The notes below the pieces were generated by a model. The model was given only the letters and a program-made list of their open reading frames with translations. It did no database searches and had not been told where the DNA came from. DNA of 64,000 nucleotides, from contig NC_092678.1 in the NCBI RefSeq assembly GCF_964355755.1, positions 21,469,365 to 21,533,364 of the forward strand, in the 5' to 3' direction. Shown here in pieces: positions 11,287-24,594 of the stretch. Each line of letters opens with the position of its first letter. Within the stretch, counting starts at the first letter, position 1. A program made the translations under genes and the position numbers. This DNA comes from Antedon mediterranea. Its lineage: Eukaryota; Animalia; Echinodermata.

Positions 11287-14200
11287 TTAGTCACCACTTT
11301 CATCTTGTATAGTGTTGTATGATTTCATCTCTAGTTTTGTAGGCCTAATATGTCCATGTGACCATTCTTGTTGCTCTGCTTTTGCAAACATTAGAAAGAA
11401 AATCATTGCAAAAATATGGACAGCAGCAATTATTCTAAACATCAAAGACCACTGATTGGCTGTATTCTGAAAAAAAAAACAAAACCAAAAATCATGCTGT
11501 TTAAAACTGATCAGATTTGAACTCAAGATAGTTGTCCAATGACAAGAGACAGTCCGAATAATCCATCGCTTGTGATTGGTCCTAGTGAAACTAATTTAAT
11601 AATATTATAAAGCTTGGTTCCTACTTTACGCAACGCAAGGACGGAAGTGCACCGTAAAGCTATGGGAGAATATACAAGGACGTAGACGCAACGCAAACGG
11701 TGACAAGCGGCACACACACAAACACACAATATGGTGTGGTCATGTGCCCTCTGATACTTACATCTTCTTTGATCAAAGCTCCAAGAATAAGTGGACCAAT
11801 AAAACCAACCACAGCGGCTCCAGTTGTCACCATTCCTACGATTATTTGTGAGTGTTCCTTTGATATCTCCATTATGTTTGTAAGTGTGCTCGCCGCATAC
11901 ATTCCACCACAAGTAAACGCCACTGTAAGAAGTATAACACACTCGACGGCATGCTGTTCATCAAAGTATCCAATGAAAAATAGACACATGGCAGGTATTC
12001 CCATATCTACAAAAGTCATGACAATTGTAACAAATTAGGGAAGCATAAATCAAAACTCGAGTGTTGTATTCATTCATTCATTTGGTCATGGATGGATATT
12101 TAGTTTGTAAAAAATGACTAATATTGATGGTTTCAATAATTTAGTTTATATTATAATAATACTAATCTAATAACAATAATTATAATATAATAATATGAGT
12201 TATAAGTTATTGTGTAACGACCGAATTTTATAATAATCTATATTGTGATTATATATAATTTATTTTCATTGATGATAAAAATCGTGTGAACGCAAGCAGT
12301 AATTCCTTGATCATGGCCATTAATCGCCACGTTCTTAATGTGTCAAGAATGCACATACAATGGAATGCTTTGTTGCATTGACTTTATATATTTACATATC
12401 TTTGTTTGTGTTCTATTAGCTGTTAGATTAAGATTTTTTTGTTCTCTCTTTTGCTATGGATATAATATTTTGTCACCATGATATTCCGAAATAAAAAGAT
12501 AAATGAAATGAAAAAAATGAAATGCATTCATAATTTTTAAAAAGACATAACACCGTTTCATCTTACGTAAAATCATAAAAAACTTTCTAGTATTTAGAAC
12601 ATTTAGGTATTCCCGCCGAATGATGACGTCTGCAGAAGCACCAGACAGCAGCGTAACTATAAATTCTAGTATTGATGGAATTGATGTTAAAATTGCAATC
12701 TAAAAAAACAAATATTATTATTATTCTTTTTATGTATCTTACAATGTGTCGATGTCATATGATAGATTAGGATAAAGTTAATAGCAGCGAAGGATGAGAT
12801 ATTGAATAGAAGGAAAGGGTTTTATAGGAGGCACACACATGGGACTTCTTCGAGACTTTGATTGACATGTGATGGGGGTGTGCAGCAGGGTGCGACGCTC
12901 TACCTCACCGTGTAAACTCCGGATAGGAGCTAGGCTAAATGAAAAGATACCTAGAGAGTTCCACTTACACTTGTTATATTAAATCCTAATATCAATAAAT
13001 AACTTGGTCCTTCAGTAAGTATAAAAATATAACTGAAATTGAATGCCATGTAAGCAACAATTATCGACCACACTGCAGTTGATGTGAAGATATCACACCA
13101 CGGAACCGGTACATCCTGAATAGAAAAAGAGTATAATGCATTATTAATTGGTCAATATTATGGAAGAACGTTTTGAGGTTGCTCGCTAGGTGCTACTTGT
13201 AACGTTTATAATTGTATTGTTGTATATGCTTTGTTGTGTGAATAAATAAACTTGAACTTGAAAATACTTGGGACATTTCCACATTAGGGCATGACTGTGG
13301 ACTGGTCTATTGTGGCAGAGAAGTGCTCTATGAATGTTTAACTATTCGTAACGCCTTCTCTCTGGAGATCACGGGCTATCGTTGGTTTATCCAGGTATAA
13401 ACTGCACTCATAGACTACCAGCACGTACTGCTGTGTATTTTGCAATTCTTTCTTGAGTTGAGAACATTATCAAAGTAAATATTGACAACTTATAATTGGC
13501 AAGTTTAACCCCCATAAAAAAAAATGTTTCCCAGATAACAAATTTGGTTTCCTTATAATATTTGTTAAATTAAAACAATGTAATTTCCATCCCATAAAAT
13601 TACGGTATCAGGTAAATTGATTGGTTCAATTTTTGGCCGAAGTGAATAACTATTCATTACAATTTCAAACCGTTTTCGTTTGGAGGAAACAGTTTTCTGC
13701 GATTGAATTTAATTAAAAGGTGTTTAGAATATAATTATATTATTATAACTTTGAAATGTGTTTATTACAGAATTGATAACCAATGATCGTTTGTTCCCGT
13801 CATTTAGCGACGTTACCTTGTTAGTTTGTTCGAGTTCAAAACTTTTCAAGTATTCAACTTCCCTTGTTGAAACATAAGGATCGTCAACTGGGTCGTCGTA
13901 AACGAAAGCTATGCATACTATTGCCAAAAGAGCACAAAGAAAACCTACAACAAGAATGCAATGAGGAAGGTAATTTTAAAACAAATTTTATTAATAACAG
14001 AAAGCATTGTCAAGCTTTTCATTCTTTTTCTTTGATAACGCAAAAACGTCAAACTGTTATGTTTTTTAATAAGCAGTCGTCGCATGAATGATTTTGGATA
14101 TTTCCAAGGTTGTCGTTTATGTAAACGTACGTAAATCATTGTATAACTAAGTACTCATACTCTCAAAGAAAGTTTTTAGTCGTATAATATTTCTATTTGT

Positions 14201-15777
14201 CCTCCCCTTCTCGAGGCACAGTCCATGATTCATGTTTGGCCTGATGAAAGTAGATAGAAATGAAACGTACCGGCGGCCTTATGTTTAGACAGTAGACTAC
14301 ATATACAGTGAACACAGACTTTTATAAAGTACGGTAGTAGTAGTAGTAATAGGACTTATACTTGTATAGCCACTCACTGTAAGTATAATATGACGTCGGC
14401 CATCCACCTAAACTGGGAGAAGTAGAAATCCACGTAGATAAAGGGTAACAGCAAACTTCAGCTATGCACGAGCCTGTAAAAAACAAAGTAGACAACATAG
14501 AAAACAACAACACACAGTTTGCAAACGTTACTTGATCAGCAACTCATTTGAATTTTCTTTATAAAAATGTCCATCGCTTAAACCACTCATTGAGAATAAT
14601 TGTTCAGAACTTATTGGTCCATTCTTGTGTTAACTCAGCTTTAATGCCAGTGATTGGTCTTAAGCTCTGTCTACACTATCAAACTTTATGTGATAAAGAA
14701 AAAGTGATGTACCCATATTTGGGCATATCACTACCATATTTGGGCCAATCACAAGAGACAGGTCGATGATTCATTGCATCGTGATTGGTCAAATTACTTT
14801 ACGTTCATGAAGTCATCAAACCAGAAAGAAATTAGCTTAATAAATACTTACCAGAATATGCCATAGATACTAATGTACTCCGTTCAGACGGAACAATCCA
14901 TTTACTCAAAGTCATGTATATCCCTGGCATGACTAATCCCTGAAAGTAAGTAAGGGATTGTTTACGTCACTAGTGCGTGAACGGCGTATTACCGTTAACG
15001 CAACACATCAGGGATATTTTTCTTGAGTGTGTGTTGTGTAACGTACCTTTTTACGCCCTGTCGCCAGTTATCATTTTGAGGTAAATAATTATGTATGTAA
15101 ATAGTATATAAACATCTAGGTCATAATTGGAATTGGTTTTTGAAAAACTTCGTGTCATACATAGTGAATGTTTTATATATCGAACTAGTAAAAAATACAC
15201 TAACTTCTATGACGCCTTGTAAAACCCGTACGATGGTCAGCAGACTGGTTCCAACGCCTGCAGCCCAAGGTATCATTGCAGACAGTAAACCTTGCAACAG
15301 AAGAACTATTACAATTGATCGTTTTCCGCCAATTTTACCAGCTAACCAACCGCCCGGCAGTCCGCTTATTATAAAACCGTAATAAAATGATCCAAGTATT
15401 TGCTGTTGTGTTTGGTCGTCCCAATCAAAAGTTGGTAACTACAGAACAAACAAGAATAAGCAAATAATACTTATATGAGTATAAATTAGATTTAGTTATG
15501 TCATGGAGAAATAAGTATTTCTCCATGGTCAAGTAAATCTCAGAAACCAATCATAACATACTTATGCTTAATGATAACAGACGTTGTACCGAAGAAGGCT
15601 TACCGAATTGGTTGCACTGTCATCATATGTAATCTTTGTCACATTTGAGTTTTGTTCTTCTGTGGTGGCATTCCATCTTTTTACCATGCTTATAATGGTA
15701 ATGTTGAGGTTCAATCTGGTACAGAAAACACAAATATATGCTAAACAACTCGTTACTGCGACAAAATATCGTTTCAT
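11287..15777 (-). CDS. SLC17-family (sialin/VGLUT-like) MFS anion transporter copy B, 9 exons, ~474 aa
   Basis: Exons 15604-15777, 15205-15438, 14852-14939, 14378-14473, 13817-13944, 12969-13115, 12567-12699, 11762-12006 and 11287-11466, with consistent phases. Motifs TRLNLNITI, FDWDDQTQ..ILGSFYYG, RVLQGVIEG, KW..PSERS, GGWP and W..MF.IIAA. Confidence 0.9.
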
Positions 15778-17486
15778 TTTAAAAGTGACTATTTTTAAAG
15801 TCGAGTTTTTAAGGAATGCGGTAAAGGACTAGAATATAGTACTATATGATCCTGAGGCATTGAACTTAATTGTAGGCTATTGTTGTGACAAACAATGAAA
15901 CTTACCATCCGTTAAAATAAATACATTAAAAGTTCGCCTACTTACTACCTATTAGTACTGTGTATATAAACTTAAATTATGTTTAAACATTGTAATTCCA
16001 TGAACATTCCCTGTACCAACTCTTGTCTGACAAGTCAAATGGAGTTACAAATTGCAGGGAGGGGAGATGTCCTATCACTGGTCATTCAATGTTAAATTTA
16101 CGACAATGTTTCTTTACCTGCTTTTGGCCCCATTTAAAATTGTTACTTTAAAATGACGTCACTTACAACAATAGCACCCAAATAAGGATGTGACTCGAAG
16201 GTTGCTATTAGAAGACGCGATAGGCTCAAGCTTTGAATAAGCCATTTTGTACCTTTAACAATTAATTATACACTTTCGCCGAAACAAATAATGATAAACA
16301 GTAAGAGTTCAGAACAGTCTTCCTGTCACACAATAGGATTTCTCCCGGTTTACTCATTTCTTTCTTAAATTTACCGATCAGGTAATAATTTCTTTTTTAA
16401 AAGGTGCCACTAAAGGTAAAACTTATATTCTTTTTAGTCTGTCGAATGACAATTTTTTTTAATTGAATTTACGATACGATAGTACTTTTATTGTCATTTT
16501 ATTTTACAACAATGTACAAATGAAAGACTTTACCTTATTTTGTTCGAGTTCAAAACTTTTCAAATACAGTATTCAACTTCCTTTGTTGAAACATAAGGAT
16601 CGTCAACTGGGTCGTCATAAATGAATGCATGAATGCATACTATTGCCAAAAGAGCACAAAGAGAACCTACAACAAGAATGCAATGGTTGCTTAGAAGGTG
16701 GTTGACGAGGTAATTGTTTAACAACTTGTATCAAACAATTGTAAAGCTTTTCAGTATTTTGTTTTTATAACGCAATAAACGTCACATCATTATTATTGAC
16801 CGTAACAATAACCAGCCTTCGAATGAATGGTTTTGGTTGTCGTTTATGTAAACCTAAGTAAAACATTGTGTAACTAAGTACTCTCCTAACAAAAAAGGTT
16901 TACCTTATATAATCTTTCTATTTGTGCTAAACCTCTAACTATACAATTCATGGAAGGATGTTGTTTCATGTCTGGCTTGGATGAAACTTATAGATATATA
17001 TGAAACGGCCTTGTGTTTAGAAAATAGACAACATCTACTTTACTTTACGATAGGACTAATGCTTGTATAGCCATTCACTGTAAGTATAATATGACGTCGG
17101 CCATCCACCTAAACTGGGAGAAGTAGAAATCCACGTAGATAAAGGGTAACAGCAAACTTCAGCTATGCACGAGCCTGTAAAAAACAAAGTAAACAACATA
17201 GAAAACAACAACACACAGTTTGCAAACGTTACTTGATCAGCAACTCATTTGAATTTTCTTTATAAAAATGTCGATCGTTTAAACCATTCAAATCAGAACT
17301 TATTTTGGTCCATCGTTCAGTTATTTTTTAATCAATTTCAGTGAATGGTCTTAGGTTCTGTTTACACTATAAAAAAAATGTGATGTACCCATATATGGAC
17401 ATGATGATTTCATATTACTACCATATTTGGGCGTATTACCAACATTTTTGGGCATGTCAAACTAATTTATTGATAGTGTAGACTAT

Positions 17487-19960
17487 TTTTCATTTCATTT
17501 CATTTCATAATAACATTTATTTCTTATCATTTCAAAGTAAACAAAATAACAATTTAAATATAAATAATTAAGAGGCAACACCAAGAAAGTAATAACATTT
17601 GGAGGTTTCCCTCCAAAAAAACTTGTGACGGGTAGCCAGTTAAGAAATTGTAATCATATTGGAGTTTAAACAAACAGAAACAAAACAAGACAATCAAACA
17701 TGTAAAGCAAGACAACGACAAATTAATAATAATAAAATACTATGGAAGCACAGAAAACCCAGAATAAACATGTTGTTTTATTATTACAGTATTAGTTATT
17801 TATGGAGTAGAATTTGTTTAAGTTTAAAAGAAAATGTATTTTTTGAAGGTGCCAATTTGATTTCGTCGGGGAGATCATTAAATAATTTGGTGCCACTATA
17901 ACGGATATTATGTTGCATTAATGTTAATTTGGTAAGGGGAGGGTGGAGATTACAGGAGGATCTAGTTTTATGGGTATGAATGCTATTATTTTTTATAAAG
18001 CTGCAAGAAAGTTTGGGTGGAAGTAGACAGTTGACATGTTCATAGACGAAGGTGCATTGTTGGAGGATATTGATGTTTTGGACAGTTAATAATTTAAGGT
18101 CAGAGAAAAGCTCACTAGTGTGATCTAGGCGTGACGCACCAGAGATGAGGCGAATAGCTTTTTTTGGAGAATAAAAATTTTGTTGAGGGTTGAAACATAG
18201 TTGTTTGCCCAGACAATATTACAGTAAGAAATAAAAGGTAAAACAAGGGAACAATAAATCATGCGAAGGACTTCTTTGGGCAAGTAAAATGAAAGACGAT
18301 ATAAAATTCCAATACTTTTCGAAATTTTAGTTTCGATTTCTTTAATGTGATGTTTGAAGTTTAGTTCTTCGTCTATTTCTACTCCAAGAAATTTCGTATG
18401 CTTAACAAGAGGAATTTTGTGGGCAGCAAGGTAAACATTATGAGTGTCGTTAATCAAATCTTGGTGTCGAAAACCAAAAAGCATAAAATGGCATTTGTTA
18501 ATATTTATTGAAAGTTTGTTTGCATTGAAATAATCGTTCACGTTCTTCAATTCCCTATTAAAAGTATTGAAAATGAAATCAAAATTAGTGTGTGAATAAA
18601 AAATGGTTGTGTCATCAGCATAAAGATAAAAAGAAAGGATGTCAGATGCATTTGGTAAATCATTGATATACAATAAAAAAAGAAGAGGGCCTAATAGAGA
18701 CCCTTCAGGAACACCACAAACAATAGGTTTAAAATAGGAAGAAACATTGTTGATATAGGTGCATTGAAGTCGATTGGACAGATAATCTTTAAAAAGGTCA
18801 AGAGTAATGCCACGGATAAAATAAAATAAATAAATAAAGTAAAATAGTGTGATAAATGGTATCGAATGCCTTAGAAAGATCTCTGAATAGGCCAGACGAA
18901 AACAACTTATTATGAATAGCATCCACAATGTTGTTGGTAAGATCAATTAAAGCAAAAGAAGTGGAATAATTTTGTCTGAAACCGTATTGTTTATTGTAGA
19001 GAATGTTGTGTTGGTTAATGAAATCATACGTACGGTCATAGATAAGTTTTTCAAGAATCTTTGAAAAGAAAGTAAGAACAGAAATTGGTCGATAATTGTT
19101 GGGATCAGATTTGTTACGTTTTTTGTATATAGGAGTGACCTTTGCTGTTTTCATGCTTTTAGGGAAGGATCCTGTGGATAAAGATAAGTTGCAAATATGA
19201 GTAAGTGGAGAAAGAATAAGGTCTATTGATTTTTTAACAACATTGCCACATATATCATCAATTCCAGCAGCCTTGTTGTTTTTGAAAGAGTTGACAATTT
19301 TAAGAACCTCATGTTCCGAAACTGGAGATAAAAAAAGGGAATTTGGAGTAGGAGGACTATTAAGATAGTGACGGAAACTATTGATAGAACTAGTGTCGAT
19401 TTCTTTTGCTAATTCAGGCCCTATATTGGTAAAATGGTTATTTAATAAGTTGGACACCATTTTCGGGTCTTTTGTTAGATTTCCATTACTCATTATCTCA
19501 ATGTTAGGAATTGTGTTGTTTGATGGTTTAAGTATAGAGTTTATAGTACGCCAAGTAGCTTTAATATTGGATTTGTTTTCATTAAAAAAGTTTTTATAAT
19601 AATCCACTTTAACACTTTTTAGAAGATTATTTAACTTATTACGATACTTTTTTGTATTTCAATATATTAGCGTTGGAAGGGTGCCGAATGCTCTTGAGAT
19701 AAAGTTTTTGTTTGTATGAGATGGAGGTTAAAAGCCCGTTGGTCATCCAAGGTTTTAATTTCTTTTTAGTTTTAGGTGGATCTAACAAAGGGAAGTTCCT
19801 ATCATATAGGGCTTTGTACTTTACGAAAAAAGTATCATACGCTTCGTCAGGGTCTAATTTATCTAAGACATCATTCCACGATGTTATTGACAGATCATTT
19901 CGAAAGTGATGAATATTGTTTTCATTAAATTTTCTAAATTTACGCTTCACTTTGTCTGTA
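17487..19960 (-). mobile_element. CR1-type LINE, degenerate ORF2
   Basis: ORFs 19639-19950 (KPWMT), 18798-19607 (NYRPISVL, QYGFR, DLSKAFD) and 18125-18946 (GSLLGPLLF, YADD, KFLGV). (ATGAA)n tail at ~17487-17507. Confidence 0.92.
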
Positions 19961-20082
19961 GACTTTACTTGGCTCTAAGCTTGGTTCCCACTTGACGTAA
20001 CCTAACGACGCTTGTGGGCTGGCAGATCACAAGTTACAGTTTGATGATCCATTGATTGCGTCGTGACTAGTCAAATTGCTAA

Positions 20083-20290
20083 AGCGTGGTTCCCACTTGC
20101 GACGCAACGCAACGACGTATTGGCGCAAAGTGCTGTATTGCGTAATCACAAGTGGGAACCGACGACGCAATAGTGCTGCAAACATCGTAGGTTTGATTTC
20201 ACGCAGGCGGGGGCTAACACAATTATTGGAAGGGCATTTGCTTATGTTGCGTAGATTGCGTTACGTTGCGTCGCTAGTAGGAACCAAGCT
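20083..20290. mobile_element. PIF/Harbinger-like MITE (family 1), nested in an older copy (~19977-20320)
   Basis: Terminal inverted repeats (TIRs) AGC(G/T)TGGTTCC(C/T)ACT...; flanked by TAA/TTA. Internal (ACGCA)n motifs. Many related copies (~11570-11710, 22020, 29490, 54570, 60060, 61740). Confidence 0.7.
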
Positions 20291-20474
20291 TTAAGATTAC
20301 TTACGTTCTTGCATTGCGCCCAGAAGTCATCAAACCAAAAATCGATTTGCATACATAAATAATGTACTCCGTTCAGACGGAACAATCCATTTTCTTAAAG
20401 TGATGTATATCCCTGGCATGAGTAATCCCTGAAAGTAATGCTTGGTTCCCACTAGAAACGCAACGCAAGGACGT

Positions 20475-21980
20475 TTTTTTTTTCTCTTTTGTGGCGCAAA
20501 CACCACTTTTATTCACATTCATATTATCTCATATTACATAAAATCGTATTATTTAACTTGTAAATGTCGTTACAGTTCATAAGTAACATTTTTACATATA
20601 TGAATTCTGTATTACTCCTTTTTTTATTAATTTTCTTATATTTTGTTATACACTTGACAGGATCATCATTATCATCTATCCCGTTTTAAAATAGTTCACA
20701 CATTTTCATTTGTTTGTTTTCATTTTACAACCCGGATTATACAATATATTTATATACATGATAAAAAAAACAATAATAGCTCAGTACCACCAGTAACCCG
20801 TATCACTGTAATTCTTTTTCAGTTAATCGTATCAAATTAGAAATTATATTATCATAATCTTATTTCTTAAAGCTACCCATTTTTCTATACTTGTTTCTTT
20901 ATTGTTATATGTTTCACATTCAATGTTATATAACATATTGCTTTTAAATGAATTCCCTAAAGATTTACCCACTGGCTTATTTAGTGCAGATAACATTTTT
21001 ATTTTATAAATAGTAAATGCTGCAAAAGTGTAAATATAATCTATTAGCTTATCTCCCGTTCCTAGTATTAATTGTTTAAATGATATATTATTGTGATTTA
21101 AACTTACAAAGATACTAAGCATTTTCCTCCAATATTTCTGAATAAATCTACAACTAAAAAACAAATGATTTTCATTTTCAATTTCTCCACATTTGTCACA
21201 CGTTTGTGTTTCCTTAACTTTCCACTGATACAGCCGTTTGTTGGTAGGCAGTATTCTATGTAACATCTTATAATTGAATTGTGCTAGTTTCTTATCTTTC
21301 ATTTTACATACTTTTCGTAACCAAGAAGTTTTCCAATCAATGTTGTTATCATTGAAGTACTCTTCCCATTTTAGTTGTGACATTGGAATAATGAATATTC
21401 TTTCACAAACCATGAGTATATTAGTTTGGTAGTATTAATCTCATACTTGGTCCCAACTAATTCATCATTATCATCACAATTGAAAATATCTACCTCCTTA
21501 ATAATACGTTTCCATTTAATTGGTATTGCCTTAATAATGCACAAATACTCATTTAACCAGTTTGTTTTACATTGTAGTTTCACCAGTATTTCGTTTGATG
21601 TTAAAAAAGTGTTCTTATTAACAATGTCTTTAATACTGATAATGCCACTGTCAATCCAATGCTTGTAGAAAAGCGATTTTTTTTTTAGTTTAACGTAGTG
21701 GTTTCCCCACAGTTGCTCATTCATTATATCGTTATAAGTTTCAGTTTTTTTTTTAGAGATTCTGTTATAATTTATGTAGGCTTTTATCATATTTTTGTAA
21801 AACAGTGGAATTTTATCAGAATTAACATCAATAATGTTATAACATGACATATTAAGTAAAACATTAACATCACATATTTTTTTAATATAATACATTGGAA
21901 TATTTTTCCATTTAGCACCATCATCATTCATAATTCTTTTTAACCAGCCACACATGAGTGCGTTAATATGAAGAGTAAAA
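20475..21980 (-). mobile_element. Tx1/L1-clade non-LTR retrotransposon 3' fragment with poly(A) and ~28-bp TSD
   Basis: ORFs 21371-21955 and 20844-21413 with zf-RVT (HRILPTN...C..C...E...HLFFSC). Poly-T at 20474. TCCCACTAGAAACGCAACGCAAGGACGT is duplicated at 20447-20474 and 21981-22008. Confidence 0.88.
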
Positions 21981-22019
21981 TCCCACTAGAAACGCAACGC
22001 AAGGACGTAACGAAATGTA

Positions 22020-22200
22020 AAGCTTGGTTCCCACTAGAACGTAACGCAAGGACGTAAACGCAACGCAAGCATTTTAACCAATGACAAGCGAAGTTATAGA
22101 CAGTTAGCAATCACAAGCGAATAAGCCATCGCTTTTGATTGGTCAATTCACTTGCGTTGCGTTACGTCCTTGCGTTGCGACGCTAGTGGGAACCACGCGT
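22020..22200. mobile_element. Harbinger-like MITE (family 1) nested within another family-1 MITE (outer ~20440-22312)
   Basis: Starts TAA-AGCTTGGTTCCCACTAG and ends CTAGTGGGAACCACGC. Near-identical to 54570-54752 and to the inverted copy at 61740-61885. Confidence 0.75.
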
Positions 22201-22871
22201 AAGTGAGTTGACCAATCACAAGCGATAGATTATTCGAACTCTTGTTTGTCATTAGTCAACACCCTTGCGTTTCGTTTACGTCCTTGCGTTGCGTCCTAGT
22301 AGGAACCAAGCTTTAGGAAGGAGTTGTTTACGTCACTAGTGCATGAACGGCGTATTACCGTTACGCATCACATCAAAGAAATCACATCACATGTGTTGCG
22401 TAACGTCCGTTACACCTTATCGTTATCGTTTTGACGTTAATAATCATGTATGTAAATAGTGCGTGAACTGGTAATAAAGACACTAACTTCTATGACGCCT
22501 TGTAAAACCCGTACAATAATCAGAAGACTTGTTCCAACGCCTGCAGCCCTATGTATCATGGCAGACAAACTTTCCAACATAAGAACTATTACAATCGTTT
22601 TCCGCCAATTTTACCAGCAAACCAACCGCCCGGCAGTCCGCTTATTATAACCGTAATAAAACGATCCAAGTATAAGTTGTTGGGTTTGGTCGTCCCAATC
22701 TAATGTTGGTATCTAGAGAACGAAAACGTAAACACAAATTATCAAATAATCCCTATAAAAAAATGATCCTACTACTGTATAAGGAAAAAATCTTAGACAC
22801 CGACCATAACGTTGTTTGATCGTGACCGACATTGTGTTAAAAAAGTTTACCGAATGTGCTTTACTTTGATC

Positions 22872-23181
22872 TGAAATTGAATTGAAATTGAAATATATAT
22901 TTATACTGGTTAACCTCTTCAGTCAAAGACTGGTCTCCCAGAGGGCCCAGTTGGTGATCAGTGGCTGTGATGTACTAATACACCGGGGTAACCCCCTACT
23001 CGTCTCGAAAGATGTACTAGGTTCTTTAAAGTGCAAACGAGCTAGATGTGTACACTGGACCTACGGTTTATAGTCCTTATCCGAGAAGACTCGTTCTACC
23101 ACCAGAACCATGGAGTAAGTGAGCCTCGAACCCTTGCCGATATTATGGCTACGTAATTACGGTTCCACTGGCTCGGCCACT
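22872..23181 (-). mobile_element. tRNA-derived SINE inserted in exon 1 of copy C
   Basis: The minus strand begins GAGTGGCCGAGCCAGTGG (A-box-like) ... GGTTCGAGGC (B-box-like) and has a (TTTCAA)n tail. A related remnant lies at ~62880-62935. Confidence 0.7.
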
Positions 23182-24594
23182 CACTCATCTTTGTCACATT
23201 TGATTTATGTTCTTCTGTGGTGGTGTTCCATCTTTTTACCATGCTTATAATTGTAATGTTGAGGTTCTGGTACAGAAAATACAAATATATGCTAAGTAAC
23301 ACGTTACTGCTGCAAAATATCGTTTCATTTTTAAACTGATTATTATTTGAATTTAGAATGAATGCGGATTGGAAGCCATACTTTTATTAATAGTAGTGTT
23401 GTTGTAATCTTTTATTATCTATCAAACGTAGTCGTTTTAGTTGAAGAAAGAACAATTAGTGACTTTAAGAAAGATGACGGTTAAGATTATCTTGTGATCG
23501 CTAGAGCGTAACAATTCCAGTCATTTTAGCCTAACATTTAACTTGGATCTAATTGCAACAGAAATTGTTTCAATGCAATGCCGTTCTTTGAGGTCCCCAG
23601 AACACCATACTAAAAGTCCCAACAAATTCTAATAGGGGAAAGAAATGACCGCCAATATTCAATTAACATATGTTGACTTCTAAACGGCCTATATGAATGC
23701 TTTAAAGTTACGGGGGGGGGGGGGGACGGGGGCGTTGGCCCGTGGGCTTTCATTCGAAAAAGGTTACAATTTGATTCATTACTGTTACTGTAATTTGCAT
23801 AATAATTCTATATACTAGCAAGTAGCATACTTTAAATGACCGCTAAATGTGTTTATTGATCCTATTATCTCATGCTGGTTTCTGGTTTATATTATGATTA
23901 ATGTTTCCATATACCTTTTCAAGTAGAAAGATAATTTGTGGCTTCTCGAAAAGCATGTTTAGAATGATGCTGAATATCATAAATGCAATACGGCCACCAG
24001 AATTAAATTTAGTTACCCTCACTTAGCGGATAACCATTGTGATTGTCATGATCTTTTTTTTATTATTATTATTCTTTCTTTCTGCAACTTGTGTCTGGAA
24101 GGCTTGTCTAAAACTTGTACCCCTATTTTGTAATTTTGAATAAAATAGACCTTTATGTGATGTGTGCAGCAACCTTTGGTTTATGACTGTGTGGGGGGGG
24201 GGGGGGGCGAAGAGGTCCTTCGGGGGGTACTTTTAAGAGTAAAAAAACCCAAAATATAAAAATTGATATTCAAATCACAATTTTTTTTTTCTTTTAGGTT
24301 TATTGATTTATAATGTTTTCCCAATGTGATTTCGTTAGTATAATTACTATATTAAGTAGATTTTAATCAAATTAATTATTTATAATGACATTTATATGAC
24401 TTAATACAAGTTATGTTTGTTAAAATGCATAAAAAAATGTATAAAAAATGCATACAAAGTTAATATGACTCATAAGCTAGATTAATATTAATATTTAGCT
24501 TAATTAATAATATTTCAACTAAAAATGTGTTTATTTTGTATTGTACTCTGTAAAATGTACCTTTTTCCTGAATTTTTTCATTCTTTTATTTCAG

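Larger units (their letters stand above)
16534..23328 (-). pseudogene. SLC17-like copy C, exons 1-5 only, disrupted
   Basis: Exon 1 (ending 23328) has a small deletion and a SINE insertion. Exon 2 (~22487-22711) has indels. Exon 3 (~20360-20428) has lost its donor. Exon 4 is 17079-17174. Exon 5 (16534-16666) has insertions. Exons 6-9 are absent before copy B starts. Confidence 0.85.

Noticed and set aside
14238-14280. CTGATGA...GAAACGTA as a second hammerhead
   Set aside because: There is no credible stem II, and the motif is not conserved in the paralogous intron of copy C.
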